64,000 bases of DNA from NCBI RefSeq assembly GCF_048593235.1, contig NC_133619.1, positions 591,535,963 to 591,599,962 of the forward strand, read 5' to 3'. Shown here one piece after another: positions 35,288 through 46,879 of the stretch. Under the pieces are notes generated by a model. That model was not told the origin of the DNA. It did not search any database and saw only the letters and a program-made list of their open reading frames with translations. Position 1 is the first letter of the stretch; every line of letters begins with the position of its first letter. Position numbers and translations under genes: made by a program. Source of the stretch: Sminthopsis crassicaudata. Its lineage: Eukaryota.

Positions 35288-36548
35288 TTTTTCTTTCTTT
35301 CTTTCTTTTCTTTTTTTTAAAACATAAGCACGGAAAAATTTTGAACATCGACCCTTGCATAGCCTTGTGTTTCAGATTTTCCTCTCCTTCTCTCTACCCT
35401 TTCCCCTAGATGGCAACCAATCCACTATATGTTATACATGTTAAAATATATGTTAAATCCAAAATGTGTAAACATTTTTGATACAATTCTCTTGCTGCAC
35501 AAGAAAAATCAGATCAAAAAGGAAAGTGAATGAGTAAGAAAACAAAATGCAAGCGAACGATATTAGAAAGAGTGATAATTTCATGTTGTGATCCACACTC
35601 AGTCCCCATAGTTCTCTCTCTGGATGTAGATGACTCTCTTCATCACAAGATCATTGGAAATGATCTCAACCGTCTCATTGTTGGAAAGAGTCACGTCTGT
35701 CAGAATTGATCATCCTATAATATTGATGTTGCCCTGTATAATGATCTCCTGGTTCTGCTCATTTCACTTGGTATCAGTTCATGTGAGTCTCTCCAGGACT
35801 CTGAAATCATGCTCCTGATCATTTCTTATAGAACAATAATATTCTGTAACATTCATATACCACAATTTATTCAGCCATTCTCCAATTGATGGGCATCCTT
35901 GCCTCTATAGAAAGGCCTGCCACAAACATTTTTGCACATGTGAGTCCCTTTCCCTCCTTTAAGATCTCTATGGGATATAAGCTCCTGGGTCAAAGGGTAT
36001 GTATAGTTTGATAACTTTTTGACCATAGTTCCAAATTGCTCTCCAGAATGGTTGGATCCATTCACAACTCCACCAATAATGTACCAGCATCCCAGTTTTC
36101 CCACATCCCCTCCAACATTCGTCATTGTCTTTCCCTGTCATTCTAGCCAATCTGACAGGTGTGTAGTAATATCTCAGTGTTGTCTTAATTTGCATTTCTC
36201 TGATCAGTAGTGATTTAGAGCACCTTTTCATATGATTAGAAATGGTTTTAATTTCTTCATCTGAAGATTGTTTGTTCATATCCTTTGACCATTTATCAAT
36301 TGGAGAATGGCTTGAATTCTTATTAACGAGGTCTTTTTCAGAACACTTAAATGTAAAAAATATTTTCCCAGTTTATTGCTTCCCTTCCGATCTTGTGTGC
36401 ATTAGTTTTGTTTGTATAAAAACTTTTTAACTTAAATATAATAAAAATTACCTATTTGGAGTTCCAGTTCTTCTTTGGACACAAGTACCTTCCTTCTCCA
36501 CAGATCTGAGAGGTAAACTATTCTATGTTCTTCCAATTTGCTTATAAT
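35288..36548 (-). mobile_element. 5'-truncated L1 nested in the RTE, 17-bp TSD
   Basis: T-rich tail from 35288; ORF 35968..36279 RCSKSLLIREMQIKTTLRYYYTPVRLA..CWRGCGKTG; TSD AAGTGATTCA(G/A)TTTTCT at 35271-35287 and 36549-36565. Confidence 0.96.
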
Positions 36549-36565
36549 AAGTGATTCAATTTTCT

Positions 36566-36610
36566 GCCGTGGTACTGTTAGATTTCACAGGTATACAACA
36601 ATGAAGCTCA
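36566..36610 (-). mobile_element. Continuation of the RTE beyond the L1 insertion
   Basis: Minus strand reads SLLYTCE...YHGRKLNHF, continuing the RTE motif LLYACETW..Y.RH.RKLN.FH. Confidence 0.85.
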
Positions 36611-36939
36611 TCTTCAGCTATAAAGAGAAAAGGCTACTCATCCACCCTCAGCCTCTATAGTCCCTTCCAGAACCAAATTTCTCATCCTGTGATGTATCAG
36701 AGTAACAGGGAGTTGTTGACTTCGCATAGAATGCTTAGTTGAATCAATTCCCATACGGATGAAAAGGGTAGGGAGCTTTATCTGAAAAGACATGATGAGT
36801 AATGGAAGGGTCCCTAATTTGAACATGCATAGACATTTTGTAGTTCGTTCTAGCTCTAAACCAATCCTTTTCTTGTAAAGCCCAAACTGAGTTCAACATG
36901 AAGAGCAAGGACAGGGGTCTGTGTAAACCAACCATTATC

Positions 36940-37140
36940 CCATGAAAAGGAAATATGACTGAACTGGCAGAATTCCAAACACCACGTGGTTAGCAGACCA
37001 AAACCAGTTATAGTGTTTGCAAACGCTCTTAATTGGGGAGCAGGAACCTTGTACATCATCATGTCTTCCCAGGGGCAGGCTCCCACCCTATTCCCTTGTA
37101 GGGCCGCATCAGTCAAGCGTGCAGTGAATGCTCACAAGCC
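36940..37140. promoter_or_regulatory. Candidate enhancer (MYC/MAX E-box, GRHL and FOX motifs)
   Basis: ACCACGTGGT 36981-36990, AAACCAGTT 37001-37009 and TGTTTGC 37014-37020 within 40 bp of unique DNA. Confidence 0.35.
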
Positions 37141-37779
37141 CTCCTATCTTAAAATTCATACAGAAAAACCATTTGCTATCATTCATATGCTCTAATGTTG
37201 GCCCAATTCCTTAAGCCTTCTTCCCCAATGACCTTCTCTACTTTGGAAATTTCTGACTACTGCAGAAGCTCACCCAAGCCGGAGTCTGTGTGTCAGTCAT
37301 GAAGGTTCTTATCAGTCTGACACATGATTCCAAGGCAAGCACTTGTCTCTGAGACTTCTGCTTTTGGAGCAAACGCAGCTAGTGCAACAACTCATCTGGA
37401 TGAGTCCCCTTGACCTAGGGGTGGGAGAGCTCCTGTCAGGAAGGAAGGTGAAGGAAGACAATGAAGACTCCTGAATTTGGATTAGAAGGTCCTGGATTCA
37501 AATTCCACTCTGACACTTATAAGTCATGTGACTTCCTAAGTCTCTCTTTCCTCATCTAGTAATTGAAGGTATGGGTACCACATGGATGAGAGATCAGATC
37601 TGTTTTTTTCAAAAAGTGGACAGGGAGCAGGATCTCAAACAACGGACTGGTGAAGTGGCAAAGAGATGGATTTAGGCTTGATGTCAGGACAATGTCCAAA
37701 TAATCCGAGACAAACATTAATGGGACAGTCTACCTTTGGAGGTGGTGAATTCTTCCTTCTCTAAGCAAAGTATGTTTAA

Positions 37780-38030
37780 TGGGGTAATGGGAAAGGGAAG
37801 GGAATGAGCATTTTTGAGGCGCCTCCTACGTGCCAGGCACTGTGCTAAATATGATTCCATCTGATTCTGACAATAATCCTGGGAGGTACAGATGCTCTTA
37901 TTTTACCCATTTTACAGTGAGGAAACTGAGGCAGATAAAGGGTAAGTGACTTTTCCAGGATCACAAAACTAGTGTCTGAGGTCAAATTTGAACTCAGAAC
38001 TTCCTGACTCCAAGTCCTTCTTAAATAAAT
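37780..38030 (-). mobile_element. MIR SINE with L2-type tail
   Basis: cctacgtgccaggcactgtgctaa...ccatttacagtgaggaaactgaggcag...tttgaactcagaacttcctgactccaag. Confidence 0.88.
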
Positions 38031-38054
38031 AAACAAATTCAAAATTCAAAAAAA

Positions 38055-38170
38055 GACTAATAATATGTATATATGATATATAATAATGTATGTATGTATA
38101 TTATATATAATAATAATTAATATATTACATGTGATATTCTATATAATATCACATATGTATAAATATAAAA
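38055..38170. repeat. AT-rich low-complexity tract with a 10-bp inverted repeat
   Basis: ATGTGATATT 38129-38138 / AATATCACAT 38145-38154. Confidence 0.85.
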
Positions 38171-38579
38171 TCTCTATTTTTCCATTCTAGTGGGGATTAC
38201 TTCGGGTAATGAGTTGAAGTAGATTGCTAATAAGGCTCCTTCCAACTCCAAGATTCTGTGATTTGTAGGGGATTGGGCTTGGATCTCATGTATAGAGCCC
38301 CCTCACCCCCCATTTTGGCCCATAAGGTCTAATCTGAGAGTTTCCTGGAGCCCTGAGCTGGGAGGTGAATTGCTGGGGTCTCCTGCCAGCATGTCTCAGA
38401 GACAGGCCTTAAACTTGCATCTTCCTGACTTTCTATCCACTCTAGACCTGTCTCTGAGATCTGCAGTTGTTTCTGTTTATTTGTGTTATTTTTTGAAAGT
38501 GGATTGGTCCGAGAATCTCTCAGGCCCCCTTTACATCCTGCCCAGCCCCCATCCTCTGCCTCTGATCCTATGAAACCTG

Positions 38580-39370
38580 GAGCTGAGAGTGCCACCTAAG
38601 CTGCCCTCAGGCTGTGGGGCAGGCCTGGAGGGAGGGGGCAGGATGCAGAGGAATGGAACATTCCAAGAGAAGGGCTGGGCAGGAGACAAGGGGATGGTGA
38701 GAGTGGGGAGGGGCGATGGGCCCCTTCTAGGCCCTCAGCCCCTCCGAGTGACCCTCAAACAGCGCCGTTTGTTCCCAGCATCCTGGCTTCCCTCCATCCT
38801 GCCCCCTCTACACTTGCCACCCCCTGCCAGGGGCTTCAGGCCTCCTGCAGATGCAGGGAGCGCCCTCCACCAGCTCCTGGCGGGCAGCAGCCGCCCTCCC
38901 GCCCCCTTCTCAGCAGCAGGGGGGCTCCCCCTGTTCAGAAGGGCCAAAGAAAAGGACAAGAAAAACCTCTTTTGTTCCCGGGCAGACAGCACAAGGCCAT
39001 GTTGCCATAGCAGCGGTAACCATTTCCTCTCACTGGGGGAGGCCGGTCAACTTTGCCCAGCAGTCCCTTCCCTGGGAAGCCCAGAACTGAGCTCAGTGTG
39101 TGCAGCAGGGTCAGGGGTCAACACGGACCAACCGTGGCCCCGTAGAAAGGAAACAAGCCTCGGCTCTGGCGGGATCCCAAGCCCAGGCTCCCTCATCCAC
39201 GGCCTGCACCCACCTCATCCTCTCAGGGCACCACCCAGGCCCTGGCTGAGACAGCTGGGCAGCTGGGGGAGGCCTTCACAAAAGAGGCCTGTCCTGTCCT
39301 GCCCTGTCCTGCCCTGTCCTGCCTTGTCCTCTCCTGCCCTGTCCTGCTCTGCCAGGAACAGGCCTGGTCC
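38580..39370. promoter_or_regulatory. GC/CpG-enriched regulatory island (promoter- or enhancer-like)
   Basis: High GC with many CpGs; GC box CCCGCCCCC near 38898; CAGCAGCAGGGGG 38911-38923; DR1 GGGTCA-G-GGGTCA 39108-39120; twin CAGCTG at 39252 and 39260. Confidence 0.55.
39288..39353. repeat. (CCTGY)n pentamer / GCCCTGTCCT decamer tandem repeat
   Basis: Seen directly. Confidence 0.9.
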
Positions 39371-40661
39371 AACCCAGGACTCATGGGCCAAGAAAGACTG
39401 GAGTCTCCATAGCTCTAAAAGGAGAAAAATAGAATTTAGATCTGGGAGACACCTTCAAGACCTACCTAACCCGAACCCCTCGCTTTATAGATGAGAAAAC
39501 CATGGTCCGGGTGATTACTAGCAAAGGAAGGCGTTTACTGAGTCCTCTGAGACCAAGCAGCTCCCCTTCCTCCAGTCTGTGGCTGCTCGGCCTCTAGACC
39601 CAGGAATGGACTTTGGGATTCTGCCTTCTTCATCCGGACTCCATCATGGGTCCCATTCTGGGCCTTGCTCAGGTAGGCCTCCTACAGGAGGTCTAAATAT
39701 GGAACGGACTGCCTCATGCCCTCAGGAGGGAGCGAGATCCCCAACACCAGGCACATTCAAACAGAAAATAGATGGCCACTTATTGGGGATGTTACAATGG
39801 AGATTCTTGGTCAGGTCCACATGGAATGAGATCCCTTCTGACTCTGAGATTCAGATTCTGTTTGCTAAATGAGTAATAGGAATGAAAAAATCACTTTAAG
39901 GGTTACAGAGGATTTTCCTCCTTTTTAAGGCAGGCAGGAAGGTTATTAGTTACTCCCATTTTGTAGATGAAGAAACTGAGCGCAGTTCCTGGAGGTGAGG
40001 TTGCTTAAGTCAGATAGAATGAAGGAGTGTTGTCAAAACTCAAGTATTTATTAAGAGCCGACTGGATGCAAAGGTTATTGTTTGTCTTTCATTCTCGAAG
40101 AGGACTGTGATGCTGTAACATGCAGGCATTTTGGATTGAAGTGAGGGAGGGCTGGGCAAGGGCACCTGCCTCATGTTTCCCTCCAGAGCCATTTGGGTCC
40201 AGTGGTCAGATACAGAGCAGGACACCAGAGATGGCCCTGGACGATATGGGAGATTATTTAAGGTTTGACCAAAGCCGCACCCATTCAGTGATTAAGGCTA
40301 GGGAGCAACTGAGAGCAAGGAATATCATCTTTCACCTAGTCTGAAAAAGGGAATCTAAATCTATAAATTAAATAAATGAGTGCCCTTGGGAGGGGAAGAC
40401 TGTTGGTGGAGGTGGAGATGATCTGAGATGTGATTCTTTGAAAATGGATAAATCGGTATTAAGGGGACATGATTTTCAAAAAAATCCTCATAAAGCTTTG
40501 ATTCTGGGGATCCAGCATTGCAACTTACTCCAGGTGACCTTGGTTAAGTCCCTGCCTCTGACTTAACTTTCTGAGGGGAAGCTATCATCTCTAAAGAAGA
40601 AATGTATGGATGGTGGGAGCAGATCCAGGGGGCCTGAGAGGATAAAAGAGGAGAAATGGAG

Positions 40662-40919
40662 NNNNNNNNNNNNNNNNNNNNNNNNNNNNNNNNNNNNNNN
40701 NNNNNNNNNNNNNNNNNNNNNNNNNNNNNNNNNNNNNNNNNNNNNNNNNNNNNNNNNNNNNNNNNNNNNNNNNNNNNNNNNNNNNNNNNNNNNNNNNNNN
40801 NNNNNNNNNNNNNNNNNNNNNNNNNNNNNNNNNNNNNNNNNNNNNNNNNNNNNNNNNNNNNNNNNNNNNNNNNNNNNNNNNNNNNNNNNNNNNNNNNNNN
40901 NNNNNNNNNNNNNNNNNNN
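40662..40919. other. Assembly gap (258 N)
   Basis: N run. Confidence 1.
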
Positions 40920-41520
40920 GGTGGGACAATGAAGAAGCAAAGCTCAGGCCCAGGCCTCCCTTGGCTATTCTCAGGCTCTCTGAAAAAGCAGCCTTCCAGA
41001 GAGACAGGCAGATTGTGCCTCAGATCCTCTCTGTGTGATCTCTCCTCTCTCCTCCCCTCCCCTCCCCACACCCTTCTTCTCCCCCTTTCCCACCCCCCCC
41101 ATCCCCACATTCCCCCTTTACAGATGGCGGCCCCACAATCTGGCAGCCTCCCCTCGGGAAGGAAGAGCTATATGCAAATACCCTACTGAGGATGAGCAGA
41201 CACGGCCTGGTAGGGAGCCAGGTGGGACTGCTCTCCAGCCTTGTGGGGAGGGAAGGGGCAGACAGGCAGGAGCTTGGACGCTGGCCCTTTTTGACTGGCT
41301 TTCTGACTGGAATACCGTCTTCTCCTGCCCTGCTCCTCCTGGGGCTGTGACCAGGGCAGAGGGGAGAAAACTCCCCAATCTCTATAGGGTATCAGGAAAA
41401 AATGGAGCCTCATTCCGGGGTGCTGTGCTCTCTTTCTGCCTCTGCACCCAGGTTTGGGTTCTCATGGCAGTTCTGAGTAGAGCCCTGAGTGCTACTGAGC
41501 CAGGGCTTAGAACGAGGTTC
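40920..41520. promoter_or_regulatory. GC-rich unique island with C-rich tract and octamer
   Basis: C-runs at 41040-41120, ATGCAAAT 41172-41179, several CpGs, and an acceptor-like tract ending at 41451. Confidence 0.35.
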
Positions 41521-41904
41521 CACATATCTGGAGAAACATGTGTTAGTTCATGTATTCTCATACCTTTTACTTACTTTGGTAGCATATTCCATGCCTCCAA
41601 GTGCTTGAAACCCCAATTTCCAGCTCTAAAAATGGATGAGAATCTCAGTTTTAAAGTGCTTTCCTGTGCCTATATCAATGCACAATACCTTTTACTGGAT
41701 TTGACATTGTTTGCTCTATCTATAGAATCATAGATTTAGAGGTCAAAGGCCTTAGAATTCTATAGTCCAATCTCTTTTCACCCCTCATTGAAGAGATGAG
41801 GAAGCTGAAGGTCATAGGGGTTAAAATGATTGCCCATGGCCACTCAGGTCATAAATAGTTACCCAGCTTCAAATTTGAATACAGAGTTCTTTCAGTGTAC
41901 TCTT

Positions 41905-42105
41905 CTACCTCTGACATTGCATGTTTTATGTTCTAGACTCCTTCTCATTCTGACATCCTCTGTTTTAAGATCTCTTCCAGTTCTGACATTTTATGTTTTG
42001 AGATTCCTTCTAATTTTCCTAGTCTAGTCTGTGTTCAAATGCCCCTTCCAGCTCTGAGATTCTGGGCCTGAGATTCTAAAGCTCCTTTCCAGGTCTAACA
42101 ATCTC
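41905..42105 (+). repeat. Tandem array of 33-39-bp L3/MIR3-tail units
   Basis: TCTGA(C/G)AT at 41910, 41949, 41982 and 42053, with ttccag/ttcta between. Confidence 0.75.
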
Positions 42106-42504
42106 TGTTATCATCATCATCATCATCATTATTATTATCAATAACAATAGTAATGTCTTGTCCTTTTAATAGTCCCAACCTAAGACTCCTCCCCCAATCT
42201 TAGTAGATTGCCCTGCCCTGGAGAGGTGAGGGCCTTTCTCATTTCAGCTACAGAGGTGTCTGGCTGACAGATGCTGCCTGTTGCTTGGTCTTCCTACTTT
42301 GGCAGGTTTGCCAGAGCTGGTGGTCCATCGGTACGACCTTTAAGATTTGAACATCACTTTCTCTCCTTGTCCTTAAGTCAAGGAACGACAATTTCTATTT
42401 CCACAGTGCTTTATGAAGCACTTTTTTAGACATACTCTGTGAGGCAGGTAGTGTTAGCCAAATCCACAGAGAACCATTTTACAGATGATTGGTAGTGATG
42501 AGTT

Positions 42505-42740
42505 AGGCAGCCTGTGAGTGGATGGACCATCCAAGCCAAGAAAACTTGAGTTCAAATCCTGTCTCAGATACTTATTTGGCTAAATCACTTAAACTTTATC
42601 TGCCTCAGTTTCCTCGACTATAAAATGGAAATAATAACACGTCTCTGAGTTGTTGTGAGGATCAAATGAAATAATATTTATCAAGAGGTTTGACTCATGG
42701 GAGGTTTTATATAAATGCTATAATTATTACTATTATTACT
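42505..42740 (+). mobile_element. MIR SINE
   Basis: cttgagttcaaatcctgtctcagatac...tgcctcagtttcctc...gttgttgtgaggatcaaatg...tattattac. Confidence 0.85.
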
Positions 42741-43079
42741 GAGAACAGATAAAGTGAATGCTCAGTCATGCAGCTAGTAAGTAATGGGCCCTACATTGCC
42801 CAAAGCTTACTAACTCTTTCCATTGTCCCAGGATGAGCAGGTCATCCTTGTGCACTTTTGAAATTCTGTGCCACAGGCTTTTTTTTTTGTTGTTGTTCAC
42901 ACGTGGGCAGGTCCTGCTGGTCGGGGTGGGGGGAAGATTCAGTCTATAAGGCAGGGGTCTCTGAAGGCTACCCCACAGGAAGGTGCAGGATATAGAGGAG
43001 AAAGCCCCCAGATCCAATGGCTAGGCCTGGCCATGGAGATGTGTACTCTGGTGACTCCTTGAATATTTAAGAGGAAAGA

Positions 43080-43780
43080 AAAAGAGGCTCATTGTCCTTT
43101 CTCCCACGATCCGGTCCCCCCCAAACATGTGTGCGCACACACACTGATTCAGAAATTATTTTATGAATTATTCACACCCTCGCCCTTGGAAGTGATAAAA
43201 TATCTTCTTTGTCTTTCCTCCACAGGCAGCTCTCACAATGACTTCATGGAGGTGGGGGGGTGTAGTGGTGAGGGGATGAGGGGTTACTGACTAGGGTGTT
43301 TCCCTGTGTCCAGTGGCCAGCCGGGCTCCTTCTTCAGAGATGCTTCCCTGGGGAGGGAGGGACAGTCATTAGGGAGAGCCCAGCCTCACCTCCACTGTGG
43401 GGGGTGGGAAGGGAGATTTATTCTGTCACCAGATTGGCCCCTGTTCTTTTCAAGAATTGGATTTTCTGATCTCCCAGTTTAGAAGGTCCCTGCGTTGCCT
43501 GTGGTGAGCACAGATCCTAGCTGGGGGTAGAAGGGAGGGTTGTGTGTGTTGGGCTGGGTGAAGGAGGGGGGTCCTGGAAGGGCAGATGGCAAGTGGGGGG
43601 GGTTGGGCTGTTGGGCAGCAGCTGCAAACGATCAATGCCTTTGGGGGGTATCTGTGTTTGTCTGAGTTGCTCTCCCCCCTCAGATGAAAGAAATTCAAAT
43701 GGTTATTGATTCCCACTGAGGGGAGAGGAGGCAAGGAAAAGGGAGAGAAGGGGAGGGGACAAGGAGAGGGGCTGTCTGTA
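43080..43780. promoter_or_regulatory. G-rich unique island with POU4-like and GATA motifs and G4-capable tracts
   Basis: ATGAATTATTCA 43163-43174, GATAAA near 43194, G-tract clusters at 43350-43374 and 43595-43615. Confidence 0.35.
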
Positions 43781-45278
43781 GTTAGTTCCCCTAGAAATCA
43801 GAGACCAATGGATGCTTCTAGGACTTGGGCTTTTACTAATACATCCCTTCTGAGTTTCAGACTTGACAGGGGCTCCCGGGATACCAGTTACTTCAGAAAG
43901 CAGATCAGACAGAGAGGAGATGGTCCTTGTGGGATCAGCAGTTCAGAGATGGGTCTTGATTGTCAGAGACTGTCTGAATAAAATACAGGAGGGTCATGGA
44001 GCATTTTGTCATCCTATGACTCATAGGATTATAAAGCAAGGATTATCTTCCCAAGGAAGATTGAGTTTACAGATAAGGAAACTGAGGCTGGGAACTACTA
44101 TGACATGCTCAGGATCATCAAGATAGGAAGTGGTAAATCTAGGATTACTATCAAATAATCATGGGATATTTTGTTGTAAAATACCTTAGAGATCAAATGG
44201 TCATTGGTTATGATATGTAAAACCTTAATGGACTCTAATCCAATCTACTTTTATACACAAGGAAACTCAAACATGAGGATTTGCTCCTGGTAAGTAAATA
44301 GCAAAACTTGGCCTCCAAGTCAGGTCCTCAGGGTGCACAGTCTGGGATCTGAGTGGACTACTCTTGGCTCCAAGTGTTCTGAGCATCATACCCACATTGC
44401 CTCTCAAATAATCAGAAAGAAGGAAGGTCGAAACATTTAAACTATTGCAAATGCTGACTCTGCCGTCATTCTTCCTGGGATGGGAATAGCAACTAGCAAT
44501 GTGGACAGAATGTTAGACTTGAAGACTCGGAAAGAATTGAATTTAGATTTCTGCCTCAGATTATTAAATATGTGACCCTAAACAGGTCACTTCTGTCTGC
44601 CTTTCCTCATCTGTAAAATGGGAGCAATTATGGGACTTGTCTGCCAGGGTTATTGTGAAGATCATATGAAAAGGGCTTGCTAAATAATTAGCTCACTCCT
44701 GGATGAGGAGACTTACTTCCAATATAAGCCAACAACTGCTAAGTGGAAGGTAGATGGAGCCTGGAGACATGAAAATCCAAGTTCAAATTTTGCTTCAACT
44801 AATTACTAGCTGTGAGAACTTGAACAAGTCTTTTAACCTGTTTGTCTCAGCTTTCATAGCTATAAAATGGGGAATAATAATAGCACCTTCCCCATGGATT
44901 GTTGTAAGGATCAAATGGTTGGGTTTCAAAAGAAACCCCAAAAGATTGGGGTTGCAGAGCAGTGTCATGAAGTATCTCAAAAGAATTTACAGGCTTGAAC
45001 CCATCTCTAAGTCAAAGGCAAAGCTTATTATAATTGCAATACTAATTGAAGGGGGCAAAGTTCCAAAAGAATTTTGCAAAGAACCAGGAGCAAGAAGATA
45101 AATTTATAGGAAAAGATAGAGATCTGGTTCTTCATGACACTGATATACAAATTTTATAGCTTAGAAGTAGAATTAAAGAGTGGTCTAGTACTCACTTCAG
45201 TATTGAATTTTATGGTTTAGAGGTGGAGTTGAGGAGTACTATGGCATGCACCTCACCATTTGACTCAGAAACCCTGTT

Positions 45279-45489
45279 ATCATTGACCAATAGATTGTTA
45301 TCTGGCAGTCAACAATATTTGTAGGACTATATTATAGTATTCCTACGGCCAGAAACTTTAGGATCATTGACAAACAGATTGTTAGAAAAATAGCTATATC
45401 TTCTCTAAAGTCTATGGGAAGAATTCATAACTATAGAATTATATTTCTAAGAACAGGAGTCTTTAGAATAATTGATAAATAGATTGTTA
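45279..45489 (+). repeat. Three copies of a 22-bp core separated by diverged spacers
   Basis: ATCATTGACCAATAGATTGTTA 45279, ATCATTGACAAACAGATTGTTA 45363, ATAATTGATAAATAGATTGTTA 45468. Confidence 0.85.
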
Positions 45490-46879
45490 GAATAGTACTC
45501 TAAGGTCAGAGGACCTCAGGATTGCTGCTGTATTTCCTCTAGAAGCTGCATCCTATCAAAATGACATCATTATAAATTGCTTAACATAGTCCATGGCATT
45601 TAGTAGGTGCTATATAAATGCTACTTATGATTGGGTCATTACCTTCTCTCCATCTTATAGAATTAGAGCTGCCTGGAGCACTAGAAACCACAGGGGAGAC
45701 TTGAACTCATGTCCTGAGTTCCAAGGAATTTTCTGATGCCATCCATTTTGGACAACCCTCACTTTATCCAAAGTGCTCCCCCTCACTTTGAGCCTTTAAC
45801 TTGTTAGGCTATAGGTAGAAAATAGATTAGATAAATGAGGAGTCCCTCAGAAGGTCAGAGGGCTATTCCTTCCCAATCAAAGAACCAAAAAGACTAGCCC
45901 TTCATGACACACATGGACAGGAACAAACCTGGAACCTATTCATTTGGGAATGTGACATAAAAGAGCTCACATTTCTAGAGAGTATTAAAATCTGCAAGGT
46001 GCTATTCAAATTTTATCATATTTCAGCCTTACAAGACTCTCAGGGAACCATTACTATTATTATCTCCATTTTTCAGATAAGGAAATAGAAACCTGGAGAA
46101 GTTAAGTGGTTTGCCCAGAATCACACAGTGGGGTAGCATTCTGACCCACACTTCACTCAATGCTCAGCACTCTCTCACATCTCAAATGGAACACTTTACA
46201 TTGATTCTTTCATCTGACTTTCATAACCATCCCATGAGGGAGGCATGTGGATACTCAGTGGGTTGGCATCTGGCACTAATTCTTTCCTAGTTTTGTGATC
46301 ACTCCAGTTTGAGCTTCAGTTCCCTCATCTAGAGAACAGGACTCATTGTATTCCCACTGCCCATTCTTTCCATTCTGTTGAGGAAAGACCTATGTGGAAT
46401 AATTCCATCTGTGCCATTGACTGTGTGATCTTTGGTACTTCCCTGCTCTAGATCCCAGTTTCCTAATCTGGAGAATGAGATTGGAGAAGATGGCCCCATA
46501 GTCCTTTCGAGCACCAATGCTGTTATCCCCTAGAAATATGAGCTGTTATCATCTCTATTTGACAGATGTCCAGAAGGAGCAATGTTTACTCAAGATTGCA
46601 CTATTATTAAATGACAAAGCCAGAATTGGAATCCACGTCTTCTCCTCTCCAGTCTCATGCCCTTTGCACAGTACAAATGCCCTCCTATGATCTGGTCTGA
46701 GACATGATAGTCTCCCTGCTAGGATGTGTCTGTAACTGTAGCCAGCCTTCAATTGGGAGGAAAGGGTAAACCTTAGACATGGCCACCCCAAACCTGCTCC
46801 ATAGGAGTCTGTCTTTAAAGCCAGTGGGCTACCTTCAGCTTGGGCTGGAAATCCAGCCTTAATGGGGGTCAGAGCTCAA

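Noticed and set aside
38589-39494. 301-aa ORF
   Set aside because: Non-ATG start, stop-codon scarcity from high GC, and it translates through the pentamer repeat (PVLSCPVLPCPAL); no domain.
41035-41733. 232-aa ORF
   Set aside because: Begins in a C-rich low-complexity tract, ends in MIR-derived sequence, and is unrecognisable.
45279-45489. CRISPR array
   Set aside because: Mammalian DNA, only three degenerate repeats, unequal and long spacers, no cas genes.
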